Shown here one piece after another: positions 48,436-57,730 of a stretch of DNA of 60,795 bases. Position numbers and translations under genes: made by a program. The stretch is taken from the NCBI GenBank assembly GCA_937981915.1, contig CALJMD010000121.1, forward strand, positions 1-60,795, in the 5' to 3' direction. The notes beneath the pieces are model-generated. The model worked only from the letters and a program-made list of their open reading frames with translations. It had not been told where the DNA came from and did not search any database. Positions within the stretch are counted from its first letter, which is position 1. The number at the start of each line of letters is the position of its first letter. This DNA is from an uncultured Acidimicrobiales bacterium. GTDB lineage: Bacteria > Actinomycetota > Acidimicrobiia > Acidimicrobiales > SZUA-35.

Positions 48436-49452
48436 GTGTTGTCCTCTGAACTCTTTGACTCCCGCTTGACCCCTCGAAGCCGGCTGGCTGGCATCGCCAG
48501 TCGTTTTCGCCCTCGTCGCACGGCGTTCGTGTTTTCCGGTGGCGGGAATCTTGGTGCCGTTCAAGTCGGGATGCTTAAAGCCCTGGTCGAAGCCGGGATA
48601 CGCCCCGACTTCATCCTGGGATGTTCGGTTGGCGCCATCAACGGTGCTGCGTTCGCGGCTGAACCCAACGAAGACGGCGTAGCCCGCCTTGGACGCATCT
48701 GGGGCCGGCTGAGCGACGGTGAGCCTGACCTGATGCCGTCACGCTTTGTTCACGTTGCCGCCCAAATGGCCCGGAAGGGCGAGGCGCTGCACGACCCTGA
48801 AGTGCTGGCCGAACTGCTTCGCGAGGAGTTGGCGGTCGACAGTTTCGAGGCCCTTGACATCCCGTTCTCCTGCGTCGCCACTGATGTGGCATCGGCCGAG
48901 GAGCACTGGTTCGAACACGGTCCGCTGGTCCCAGCCTTAATGGCTTCGGCCGCACTGCCGGCGGTCTACCCGGCCAAACGAATCGGGGAACGAGAATTCA
49001 TTGACGGGGGAGTGCTGCGGGAAATTCACGCTCACCGAGCCGTACTGTCCGGGGCCACCGATCTCTACGTTCTACACGTGGGTCATCTCAATGATCGCAA
49101 GGCGGAGGTAACCCGACCATTTGATGCCGCTACCAGGGCCTACTGGCTGGCTCGTCAGTATCGCATGGCCGACGATCTGAAACGGGTTCCCGACTGGTGT
49201 CGGGTCCATCATTTGGCGGCTGGTTGTTCTCCTCGTCTTCGTTTCGATGATTTCAGCCGAGGACGGGAGCTGGCGCAGTACGCCTATGAGGCCAGCGCAC
49301 AGCTTCTTCGCACTGGGGTCGCTCCGCTTCCGGTGGCCGGTCCGTTCTCGAAGGACAACGGAGATGATGACAACTTCGAGAGTGAAGCGGTCGCAGAAGG
49401 GCTTACGTCCAGGCTCGCGGAATCCAGGCGCATCTTCCGGCGAGCCCAGTAG
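48436..49452 (+). CDS. Patatin-like phospholipase family protein
   Basis: The oxyanion 'FSGGGNLGAVQVG', the nucleophile 'GCSVGA' and the Asp-Gly 'FIDGGV'. Confidence 0.88.
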   Translation: MLSSELFDSRLTPRSRLAGIASRFRPRRTAFVFSGGGNLGAVQVGMLKALVEAGIRPDFILGCSVGAINGAAFAAEPNEDGVARLGRIWGRLSDGEPDLMPSRFVHVAAQMARKGEALHDPEVLAELLREELAVDSFEALDIPFSCVATDVASAEEHWFEHGPLVPALMASAALPAVYPAKRIGEREFIDGGVLREIHAHRAVLSGATDLYVLHVGHLNDRKAEVTRPFDAATRAYWLARQYRMADDLKRVPDWCRVHHLAAGCSPRLRFDDFSRGRELAQYAYEASAQLLRTGVAPLPVAGPFSKDNGDDDNFESEAVAEGLTSRLAESRRIFRRAQ

Positions 49453-49505
49453 AACCCGTCGCAGCAGCGGTCAACCTCGCGTTGATGTACCGCTGCAACA
49501 GGTGT

Positions 49506-50288
49506 TCAGTTGGTGAGCTCACCACCGAGATAGGCGGCGATGACATCCGGGTGCTTCTGAACGTCCTCAGGTAGGCCTTCGGCGATCTTCTGCCCGAAGT
49601 CAAGAACCATGATTCGATCGGCGATGTCCATGACCAGACCCATGTCGTGCTCGACCAGGATCATGGCGATTCCAAGCTCACGTCGGATATCGAGGATGAA
49701 TCGAGCCATGTCCTCGGTTTCCTCCTGGTTCATGCCTGCCACCGGCTCGTCCAACAACAGCAGCTCCGGGTCCATGGAGAGCGCCCGGCCAAGCTCGACC
49801 CTCTTCTGAATGCCGTACGGGAGCATGGCTACCGGATGCTTGCGGAACTGTTCGATCTCGAGGAAGTCGACGATGTCTTCGACTTTGCGCCGGTTCTCCA
49901 TTTCCCGCTTCTTGGCGGGACCGAACCAGAGGGCGTCGGTCAACCAGGAGCCCTGCATGCGCACGTGACGACCGGTTAACAGGTTGTCGACCACCGTCAT
50001 ATTGGCGAACAGCTCGATGTTCTGGAATGTCCGAGCGATGCCCATTTCGGCCACGCGGTCAGGGCGCTCGCCCATGATGGACTTGCCCTTCCACACGATG
50101 TCGCCCTCTTGTGGGCGATACACCTGGGACAAGGTGTTGAAGATCGAGGTCTTGCCCGCACCGTTTGGTCCAATGATGGAGAACAGCTCTCCCTCGTTCA
50201 CGTGGAACGAAACATTGTTGATGGCGGTAACACCGCCGAATCGGAGCGTGATTTCGTTGACGTTCAGAATTTGGGTCATGACAGCCAC
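49506..50288 (-). CDS. ABC transporter ATP-binding protein (LivG type)
   Basis: Walker A 'GPNGAGKTS', the signature 'LPYGIQKRVEL' and Walker B 'LLLLDEP'. Confidence 0.92.
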   Translation of the reverse strand: MAVMTQILNVNEITLRFGGVTAINNVSFHVNEGELFSIIGPNGAGKTSIFNTLSQVYRPQEGDIVWKGKSIMGERPDRVAEMGIARTFQNIELFANMTVVDNLLTGRHVRMQGSWLTDALWFGPAKKREMENRRKVEDIVDFLEIEQFRKHPVAMLPYGIQKRVELGRALSMDPELLLLDEPVAGMNQEETEDMARFILDIRRELGIAMILVEHDMGLVMDIADRIMVLDFGQKIAEGLPEDVQKHPDVIAAYLGGELTN

Positions 50289-51073
50289 CGCTTGCGTCGC
50301 TTGTAGTGTTTTACGTCCTTGAAGCTTCGGCGCTCGCCGGACTCGTCGGTATGGAGACCAAGGTAGAACTCCTGGACGTCTTCGTCGGCCCGTAGTTTGG
50401 CCGCATCGCCGTCCATAACGATCTTGCCGTTCTCCATGATGTAGCCATAGTCGGCGATCGATAGCGCCATGGCGGCGTTCTGTTCGATCAGGAGAACGGA
50501 AACTCCCTGCTTGTTGATGTCGACGATGATGTCTCTGATTTGCTCGACCAGCAGGGGAGCGAGACCAAGCGACGGCTCATCCAAGATGAGAAGTTCAGGG
50601 TCGGACATCATTGCTCGGCCGATGGCCAACATTTGCTGTTCACCGCCGGAGAGGTACCCGGCAGTCGAGCTGCGGCGTTCCTTGAGAACGGGAAAGAGGT
50701 CCATCGCTCTCGCATAAGCGTCATCGCGGCTGGCCTTATCGGTATTGGTAAAGGCTCCGGTACGAAGGTTCTCGTCCACGGTTAGCTCGGCGAAGATCCG
50801 GCGTCCCTCCATCACCTGGGTGATGCCGCTCTTCACGATGTTGGACGCCTCGGAGGACTGGATCTCGGAACCCTTCCATGTCACCGTCCCCTTGGTCACC
50901 TCGCCCTCGTGAACGCCGAGCAGGCCACTGATGGCGCGCAACGTCGTTGTCTTGCCGGCGCCGTTGCTGCCGAGAAGAGCCACGATCTTTTCGTCGGGGA
51001 CTTCCAGGGAGAGACCCCGTAGCACCAGGATTACGTCGTTGTACACGACTTCCAAATTGGCGACATCCAGCAC
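50276..51073 (-). CDS. ABC transporter ATP-binding protein (LivF type) with a basic C-terminal tail
   Basis: Walker A 'GSNGAGKTT', 'LSGGEQQML' and 'LLILDEP'. It overlaps the downstream ATPase gene by 13 nt. Confidence 0.92.
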   Translation of the reverse strand: MLDVANLEVVYNDVILVLRGLSLEVPDEKIVALLGSNGAGKTTTLRAISGLLGVHEGEVTKGTVTWKGSEIQSSEASNIVKSGITQVMEGRRIFAELTVDENLRTGAFTNTDKASRDDAYARAMDLFPVLKERRSSTAGYLSGGEQQMLAIGRAMMSDPELLILDEPSLGLAPLLVEQIRDIIVDINKQGVSVLLIEQNAAMALSIADYGYIMENGKIVMDGDAAKLRADEDVQEFYLGLHTDESGERRSFKDVKHYKRRKRWLS

Positions 51074-51145
51074 GCCGTACCTCGTTTATTGTTGGTTCGG
51101 TTTCTTGGTTGGTTCGAAATGCGTTTAGCGGGACTTTGCCCGGAG

Positions 51146-51182
51146 TGGGGGTGTGAACGGTCGATTGCCGCTCACACCCCCA
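51146..51182 (-). promoter_or_regulatory. GC-rich intercistronic hairpin between the binding-protein gene and the ATPase genes
   Basis: TGGGGGTGTGA (51146-51156) is complementary to TCACACCCCCA (51172-51182), an 11-bp stem with a 15-nt loop. No U-tract follows on the transcribed (minus) strand. Confidence 0.4.
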
Positions 51183-51217
51183 ACCTCTCGGGTGTATGTC
51201 CCTTTAGCTATCTACGA

Positions 51218-52654
51218 TCAGCTGGCCTTGAAGCAGGCACTCTCGTAGGCGTAGTTTGCTGCGGTGTCGGACACGTACGGTCCGTCCAACAACGTAAAGC
51301 CGGTACCGGCACCCTCATCGGAAACCGTTCCCTCTGGGGTGAACGTGTCAAGCGTGACGTCGTACAGGTAGGACTCACGGACGACGTAGTCGTTCGGATC
51401 GCCAGACCAGGTCTGGTTAGGAGCCAGACCCTGAAGGTCGACGGTCACCTCGTTGGCGGCAGCTACGACGCCGGCTCGAGTCATGTCGCCATTAGCGGCG
51501 GCCTGCTCAAGGATGGCCTGAACGATGTAGCCACCGATCCAGCTCTGAATGTAGGTGTCAGAGACCGGGGCGTCGGGTCGCTTGGCTCGCATACCTTCGA
51601 CCATTGCGGTCATGCCCGGAGTGTCATCGGTGTTCCACAGGGCGGTGTAGGTCGAGTGAATGTAGTACTGATCAAGCGCCGGTCCGAGGTCGGTCCCAAG
51701 CAACTGGAAGTTGTAGGTCGGTGAGCTACCGGTCCACATACCGGTGTAGCCCTGGCCAACGGCCCCGCCCATGATCTCGGCCAAGGTCGACGGGTTCAGC
51801 GTGGCGAACACGAAGTCGGCTTCGGAGTTGACGAGTTCGGTGATGACCGGAGTCTGGTCGGAACCAGGCACAACAGCACCCTCGCCGTCGTACACGATCT
51901 CAAGGCCGAGTGCTTCAGCGGCAATCTTGGCGCCCTGGGCACCGTCTTGGCCGTACTCTCCGGGGAAGGAGATGATGGCGGCCGTCGAACCGTGGTTCTC
52001 CGACATGTAGGTAACGGCGTTGATGGCTTCGAGGCAATAGTTGGTCTGGACCTCAAAGACGTTCTGGCCGATGGCCGGATCGGCCCAACCGGAGTACCAG
52101 GACAGTGGGATGGCAATCAGATCATCCTTGACCAGGTCTTCGGCAGTTGCCGCAGTGTGAGGTGAACCGGTCGAGGTTCCGAAGATGACAACACCGTCGT
52201 TTCCTTCACCCGCGAACTTTTCATAGTTCTCCAGGTGCTTTGGAACGTCGTAGGCATTGTCAAGCACAACGGGCTCAACCATACGTCCGGCGATGCCGCC
52301 GTTTTCGTTGACGATCTCCCAGTACGCCTCGCTACCGTCGAGAATCTGGGTTGTCAGACCGGCGAAAATGCCGGAAAGGTCGGTGTTGTAGCCAACTTTG
52401 ATGACCTCATCGTCGACGCCGATGTCGGTGGCAATTTCGCCTCCGGCATCTTCTTCCATGGCCTCGTCGGAGTCTTCCTCCATGGCCTCGTCGTCTTCCA
52501 TAGCTTCGTCATCATCAGCTGTCTCTTCCGCAGCTTCAGTGTCGGAGCCGGAGTCCTCGGCCTCGTCGGATGAATCGTCACTGCCACCGCAAGCGGCGGC
52601 AATCATGGCCATTGCCATCAGCAATGCCATGATCCTCTTCCAATACTTCATCAC
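51218..52654 (-). CDS. ABC transporter substrate-binding lipoprotein (LivK/type-I periplasmic binding fold) with a long acidic tether
   Basis: A signal peptide with lipobox 'IAAACGG', then about 50 acidic residues, then a Leu/Ile/Val-binding-protein-like domain ('IKVGYNTDLSGIFAG'). Confidence 0.88.
   Translation of the reverse strand: MMKYWKRIMALLMAMAMIAAACGGSDDSSDEAEDSGSDTEAAEETADDDEAMEDDEAMEEDSDEAMEEDAGGEIATDIGVDDEVIKVGYNTDLSGIFAGLTTQILDGSEAYWEIVNENGGIAGRMVEPVVLDNAYDVPKHLENYEKFAGEGNDGVVIFGTSTGSPHTAATAEDLVKDDLIAIPLSWYSGWADPAIGQNVFEVQTNYCLEAINAVTYMSENHGSTAAIISFPGEYGQDGAQGAKIAAEALGLEIVYDGEGAVVPGSDQTPVITELVNSEADFVFATLNPSTLAEIMGGAVGQGYTGMWTGSSPTYNFQLLGTDLGPALDQYYIHSTYTALWNTDDTPGMTAMVEGMRAKRPDAPVSDTYIQSWIGGYIVQAILEQAAANGDMTRAGVVAAANEVTVDLQGLAPNQTWSGDPNDYVVRESYLYDVTLDTFTPEGTVSDEGAGTGFTLLDGPYVSDTAANYAYESACFKAS
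52448..52510 (-). repeat. Imperfect in-frame tandem repeat encoding DEAME(D/E)D units within the binding-protein tether
   Basis: The protein reads DDDEAMEDDEAMEEDSDEAMEED. On the plus strand the DNA shows recurring TCCATGGCCTCGTC units. Confidence 0.6.
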
Positions 52655-52765
52655 TCTCTCCTTAGGTTTGGATGGTTGTACGTTCGACGTCGGGAGTACA
52701 GGACGTCAGAAGCGGGACCCGACGCGTGCCCGACACTGACGAAACGAATAAGGCGTGGGCTGGAA

Positions 52766-54025
52766 TTAGTAGCTGAAGGGCCAGCCTTTCCAGTAGTTCC
52801 GGATCGAAATCCAGATGCCGTAGAGTCCCAGCGGCTCGAAGATCAAGAACACGATGATCAGCAGACCGTAGAGGGCAATGTTCCAGTCAAAGACATTGAG
52901 TGGCCAGCCCGGAGTCTGCGTGGCGATCGAGATCGGACCAAAATCGTCCGGGCCTTCAGTCAGCAGGAAGTTGGCTACCGGTGAGAAAAGGCCACCTTGA
53001 TCAATTTGCTCGGACAGCCAGATCGTTAGCTCTTCAATCATGAGCGGCAACAGAATCACGAACACGGTGCCCATCACGGTTCCGGCCACCGTTCCGGCGC
53101 CACCGATGAGAATGATGGCGACGAACTCGACGGACAAGAAGAGGTTCCATTGAATGGCAGGCAACTTGCCGGCCAGCGAAGCAAACATTGCCCCGGAAAC
53201 TCCGGCGAAGAACGACGAGACCGCAAAGGCGATCAGCTTGTACCGAAACTCGGAGACTCCCATGACCTCGGCTGCGATGTCACGGTCTCGGATGGCTTGC
53301 AGCGCTCGACCGGTCTTGGACCGGGCAAGGTTCTTGGCCACGAGCAAGGCAATGATGGCGATGACAAGCGTAAAGAAATACGTCTTCTGGCTGTCAGACA
53401 CTTCGAACCACAACCACTTGCTGTCGTCGTCCATGAGTAGAAGAGGTTCCTCTTCCTTCCAAAGCCTGATGTCGAACGTCGGGAAGCTTCGGCCCAAACC
53501 AGGGTCGCCAGCGAACTTCTTGCCCCAACTGGTGTTACCCATATGGATCCCGATGAATACCAGCCCCAATGTCACGATGGCGAGATAGAGGCCCCTGAGC
53601 TTCACTGCGACCGGAGCGATAATCATGCCGACGAGGGCTGCTCCGACACCGGCACCGGGGAGCCAGATCCAAATGGGGAGGCCCAGGCCGTACACCGCAT
53701 CGGTGCCTTCGCCGCCGAGAAATGCCGCGGTATAGGCTCCGGCGCCCATAAAGAAAGCATGGCCGAGAGATACCTGACCGGCAACACCGGCCAACAGGTT
53801 GAAGCCGAGAGCGCCGACCAGGATGATGAACATCGTCGCCACCGGCCGCAGCCAGTTGCTGTCACCCAAAAAGCGGACGATCGGTATCTGGCTGATGACC
53901 GGAACATCAAACGGCATCAAGAGCAAGATGATGATGGCAAGGGCGGCAAGGCCCCGCTGGGTCCAGGTCGGGAAGATCTGGTTTTCCGCCTCGTACGAGG
54001 TGTAGAGATTTGGTCTACGAAACAT
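52766..54025 (-). CDS. Branched-chain-type ABC transporter permease (LivM type)
   Basis: A multi-pass membrane protein. 'GQVSLGHAFFMGAGAY' is typical of LivM-family permeases. Confidence 0.9.
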   Translation of the reverse strand: MFRRPNLYTSYEAENQIFPTWTQRGLAALAIIILLLMPFDVPVISQIPIVRFLGDSNWLRPVATMFIILVGALGFNLLAGVAGQVSLGHAFFMGAGAYTAAFLGGEGTDAVYGLGLPIWIWLPGAGVGAALVGMIIAPVAVKLRGLYLAIVTLGLVFIGIHMGNTSWGKKFAGDPGLGRSFPTFDIRLWKEEEPLLLMDDDSKWLWFEVSDSQKTYFFTLVIAIIALLVAKNLARSKTGRALQAIRDRDIAAEVMGVSEFRYKLIAFAVSSFFAGVSGAMFASLAGKLPAIQWNLFLSVEFVAIILIGGAGTVAGTVMGTVFVILLPLMIEELTIWLSEQIDQGGLFSPVANFLLTEGPDDFGPISIATQTPGWPLNVFDWNIALYGLLIIVFLIFEPLGLYGIWISIRNYWKGWPFSY

Positions 54026-54035
54026 GTTCTACCCC

Positions 54036-55112
54036 CTAAACCCTTCGAATCTCAGGTGTACCGAACAGGCCGTAGGGCCTGATCAGTAGACCGATGATCA
54101 TGACAACGTAGGGCACGATGAGCGGATACCCCGCTCCGAGAATGTCAGTCTGCCCCGAGGCGTACTGACCGGCCATGATCTCAGCGAAGCCGATGATCAG
54201 ACCGCCGATTAATGCGCCCTGCACCGAGTCGAGACCACCCAGAATTACTGCCGGCAGCGTGCGGAAGGCGATCAACTGCGTTTCCACCTGAACGGCACCG
54301 GTTTGTGCCACTGGCGGTTGGGTAGCGAAGATTCCACCAATCGCAGCGAGGACCGCACCGGCCGCCCAGGCAATGGCGAACACCCGTCCGACGTTGATGC
54401 CTTGAGCCATGGCCGCTTCTTGATCGTAGGCCACCGCCCGCATGGCGATGCCCATCCGAGACCGATAGAAGAAGAACACGGCGACAAAGGCCACTGCGGC
54501 GGTGATCATCGCTGCAATGTAGCTCCACGAGACAAATGCCTCACCGATGTTGAACCCGTCAACACCCCACGGAACCTCAAGCGATCGAAACTCAATTTTG
54601 ACCGCATCGTTGTTGAACACACGGAGGAAGATCTCAAGGCCCAGGGTGAGAACTGCCACCGAGAACAACGGTTCTCCCACCATGGGTCTGATCGTCAAGC
54701 GCTCGATGATCAAGCCGAGAATGGCCGCCACCGCCAATGCGACAAGCACACTAAGAAACCAGCCCAACCATGATGGCGACATGTCAACCAGCGGGTTGCG
54801 GATGGTGGTGAACGGAATGTGACCGTCAGACACCATGAAAGAGACAAATAGGGCGCCGCTCATGGCCAACGCTCCTTGAGCGAAGTTGACCACCTGAGTC
54901 GCTTTGAAGATAAGCACGAAACCCAGGGCGATAAGGGCGTAGACCGCACCAAGTCCGAAGGACTTCATGAGGGCCTGGAGGAACGTGTACGGATCGTTGG
55001 CGGCTTGCAGTACCAGGAACACGGCTGCTGCCGCCACGATCGCCGCCAGGGCCATCAAGCTTGGGCTTTTGATGAGTCCGGCCAACGGAGAAGAAGACGA
55101 AGAATCTGCCAT
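54036..55112 (-). CDS. Branched-chain-type ABC transporter permease (LivH type)
   Basis: A multi-pass membrane protein. 'YALIALGFVLIFKATQVVNFAQG' is typical of LivH-family permeases. Confidence 0.9.
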   Translation of the reverse strand: MADSSSSSPLAGLIKSPSLMALAAIVAAAAVFLVLQAANDPYTFLQALMKSFGLGAVYALIALGFVLIFKATQVVNFAQGALAMSGALFVSFMVSDGHIPFTTIRNPLVDMSPSWLGWFLSVLVALAVAAILGLIIERLTIRPMVGEPLFSVAVLTLGLEIFLRVFNNDAVKIEFRSLEVPWGVDGFNIGEAFVSWSYIAAMITAAVAFVAVFFFYRSRMGIAMRAVAYDQEAAMAQGINVGRVFAIAWAAGAVLAAIGGIFATQPPVAQTGAVQVETQLIAFRTLPAVILGGLDSVQGALIGGLIIGFAEIMAGQYASGQTDILGAGYPLIVPYVVMIIGLLIRPYGLFGTPEIRRV

Positions 55113-56983
55113 TAGTACATTTCCTCGATGAGTTCATCGAACTGTGCGCTCATGGCTGATCGCTTGAGTTTCTGGGTTGCGGTCAATTCACCGTCCTCGT
55201 GATCCAGCTCCTTGGGGAGCATCCTGAACTTCTTAATCTGCTCGACGCGTGCGAACTTTTCGTTGGTTTCGTCGACGATCTTTTGAATCGCCTGCTCGAC
55301 CTCTGGCTTCTCGGTGAGATCGCGGTAGGTCGTGTACGGGATGTTTCGACGTAACGCCCAGTTGCCGACCGTGTCCAACTCGATGCCGATCAACGCGGTC
55401 AAATACTTGCGCTGGTCGCCGATAACCATGGCCTCTTTGATCATCGGTGATGCCTTGAGGCTGTTCTCGATCTCCGACGGCGAGATGTTCTTGCCACCGG
55501 ACGTGATGATGATGTCCTTCATCCGGTCCACGATCTTGACGTGGGTTCCGTCGACCCACTCACCAACGTCACCGGTACGCAACCAGCCATCGGCGGTAAA
55601 GGTCTCGGCCGTCTTTTCAGGCTTGTTCCAGTAGCCCTTGAACACACCGGCATGCTGTGACTGGATCTCGCCGGTCTCATCGTCGATGCGGAGACCGGTA
55701 CCGGGGTACGGCTCTCCGACGGTGCCGAGCTTGAGGCGGCCGGGATAGTTACAGGTCGCCACGGCGCTGTTCTCTGTCATGCCGTACAGCTCGTACACAT
55801 CCAAGCCGAGGCCCATGAAGAACTGCAGCACCTCCGGCGCAATCGGAGCGGCACCACTACTGGCACGTCGACAATGTCGAAGACCGATTCGTTCGAGCAT
55901 GGCCCGGAACAACAGCGGATAGAACACCGAGTGGAGCACGCGGCTGACAGCGGTGTGTTTGCCGCCATTGTCCACTTTGGCTTGGCCTATGTAGGTAGCG
56001 GCCTTCATGCCTGTGCTCAGGACAAACTTCTTGAACCGAGAGGCGTCACTTCCACGGATCAGCACCCCTGCGTGCAGGCGCTCCCAAATACGGGGGACGG
56101 CGAAGAACAACGTTGGCTGGACTTCGCGCAGGTTGACGGCGACGGTCTCAATCGACTCGGCGAAGTTCAGCGTCGGTCCGCCCGACAACATGGTCCAGGT
56201 GGAGAAGATTCGCTCGGCGACGTGGCACAGCGGCAAGTAGGTGAGGATTTGGTCGGACTTGTTTGGAGCCTTGCCGTCGGGGTAGGCGTCAGTTTCCTCA
56301 ATGATCCGGCCCATGGCGAAATCGGCGTTGGCATTGGTCAACATGGCGCCCTTGGGCGGGCCCGTTGTACCGGAGGTATACACCAACGTCATGACGTCGT
56401 CGGCCTCGGCTGCTGCCATTCGGGCTGCCACCGCCCCGGGATTGGCCTCTCGGTGTTTGCGGCCGACTTCCAAGAAGTCGTCCCAGTAGATCAGACGTGA
56501 ATCGTCGAATCCGGCGAAGCCGCGAGCCTCGCAGTAGATGATCTTGCGCACATCGGGAATCTGGGCCTGGTCCATTTCGAAGACCTTGTCGGCCTGCTCC
56601 TGATCCTCGGCCATGTGCACACATGCTCCGGAGTCATTCAGCAGATACTCAACCTCGGCCATGGGGTTGGTGGGGTAGAAGCCGACGGCGATCCCGCGAA
56701 CGGCGACTGCCGCCAGGTCCAAGATGACCCATTCAGGCCGATCTTCGGAATGGATCGAAACACGATCCCCGACCTCGACACCGAATTCAAGCAGGCCGTG
56801 GGCGGCCAGCTCGATGAGCTCCCACGACTCGGCCCAGGTGTACTCCTGCCAGATGCCGTAGTCCTTCTCCCGGAACGCGATATGCCCCGGATCGGTCTCG
56901 GCCCAAGCCTTGGCGCGGGCGGCAACCGTACGAAAGCCGGTGCCAGCTGTCCCAGCCGAAGGTGCCTCCTCGACGAGTGTCAT
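55112..56983 (-). CDS. Long-chain acyl-CoA synthetase (ACSL/FadD15-like, AMP-forming)
   Basis: 'LVYTSGTTGPPKGAML', 'YELYGMTE' and 'GWLRTGDVGEWVDGTHVKIVDRMKDIIITSGGKNISPSEIE'. The stop overlaps the LivH-type start (TAATG). Confidence 0.92.
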   Translation of the reverse strand: MTLVEEAPSAGTAGTGFRTVAARAKAWAETDPGHIAFREKDYGIWQEYTWAESWELIELAAHGLLEFGVEVGDRVSIHSEDRPEWVILDLAAVAVRGIAVGFYPTNPMAEVEYLLNDSGACVHMAEDQEQADKVFEMDQAQIPDVRKIIYCEARGFAGFDDSRLIYWDDFLEVGRKHREANPGAVAARMAAAEADDVMTLVYTSGTTGPPKGAMLTNANADFAMGRIIEETDAYPDGKAPNKSDQILTYLPLCHVAERIFSTWTMLSGGPTLNFAESIETVAVNLREVQPTLFFAVPRIWERLHAGVLIRGSDASRFKKFVLSTGMKAATYIGQAKVDNGGKHTAVSRVLHSVFYPLLFRAMLERIGLRHCRRASSGAAPIAPEVLQFFMGLGLDVYELYGMTENSAVATCNYPGRLKLGTVGEPYPGTGLRIDDETGEIQSQHAGVFKGYWNKPEKTAETFTADGWLRTGDVGEWVDGTHVKIVDRMKDIIITSGGKNISPSEIENSLKASPMIKEAMVIGDQRKYLTALIGIELDTVGNWALRRNIPYTTYRDLTEKPEVEQAIQKIVDETNEKFARVEQIKKFRMLPKELDHEDGELTATQKLKRSAMSAQFDELIEEMY

Positions 56984-57264
56984 GATCCTCCCCTTGTTGA
57001 ATCCTGGACAAGTCCAAAGTAACGCCTGACGTTACCACGTCCGTGATCCTTGTCTAGCTTATGAGTGCGATTGATACGACGATGCGACCGAATCGCGACA
57101 TAGCGTGACGCCCTGCCCCAATAAACCAAGCCACATTCGCCCCAACCGCGCTGTTGAGGAACCCAAGAGTAGCGACTGACGTTAGCCCGATGTCAAACCG
57201 TCGTGTCGACTTGCCCCCTTGCCCGGGCACAGCGAGCTGAACAGTGGCCCAAGGTGCCTAGGCT

Positions 57265-57699
57265 TTGGGCATGAGTAGCGTGAACATGTCAAGGGGACTG
57301 CCGGAAACGGTTCTGCCACCAGCGCCAGCGGACCTGGAGCAGCAACTACAGGTAGCGGTAGCACTCGAAGGGGACGAGCGACGCTCCGCGCTGGGGGACG
57401 TGATTCGGGCCGCTCCGACCTACCTGTTGGCTTGGGCGGAACTGGGCGACATGGGTCGGGACGACATCGAGCGATATGCGGCCTATCGGGTCGGTTACCA
57501 TCGTGGGCTTGATCAACTGCGTCAGAACGGTTGGCGTGGATCTGGGTTTGTGAAGTGGTCTGAACCTTCGAACCATGGTTTCCTTCGTTCGCTGGACGGA
57601 CTGCGTCGTACAGCCGCCGCCATTGGTGAAGAAGAAGAAGCCGCTCGCTGTCACACGTTCCTCGCTCAACTTGACCCCGGCTGGTCAAGCAACGCCTGA
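57265..57699 (+). CDS. DUF3151 domain-containing protein
   Basis: 'LLAWAELGD...AYRVGYHRGLDQLRQNGWRGSGFVKW' matches the DUF3151 core. Confidence 0.75.
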   Translation: MGMSSVNMSRGLPETVLPPAPADLEQQLQVAVALEGDERRSALGDVIRAAPTYLLAWAELGDMGRDDIERYAAYRVGYHRGLDQLRQNGWRGSGFVKWSEPSNHGFLRSLDGLRRTAAAIGEEEEAARCHTFLAQLDPGWSSNA

Positions 57700-57730
57700 C
57701 AACTACAACACCCGTCGAGATGGAACTTTC

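Noticed and set aside
48436-49452. The patatin-like phospholipase as a CBASS-type (CapV-like) defence effector
   Set aside because: There is no cyclase or nucleotidyltransferase or other defence gene nearby. It sits between pyk and a transporter operon, consistent with a housekeeping lipase.
51100-51120. 'GGTTGGTTCGAAATGCG', which superficially resembles a tRNA T-arm (GGTTCGAA)
   Set aside because: The flanking bases cannot form a T-stem, and no acceptor or anticodon arms can be drawn. I found no tRNA anywhere in the window.
57575-57730. N-terminal extension of the mobA ORF given in the ORF track
   Set aside because: - It overlaps the DUF3151 gene in another frame.
- It includes a poly-Lys/Pro stretch.
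- MobA homology ('LCGGASSRFG') begins right after GTG 57731.
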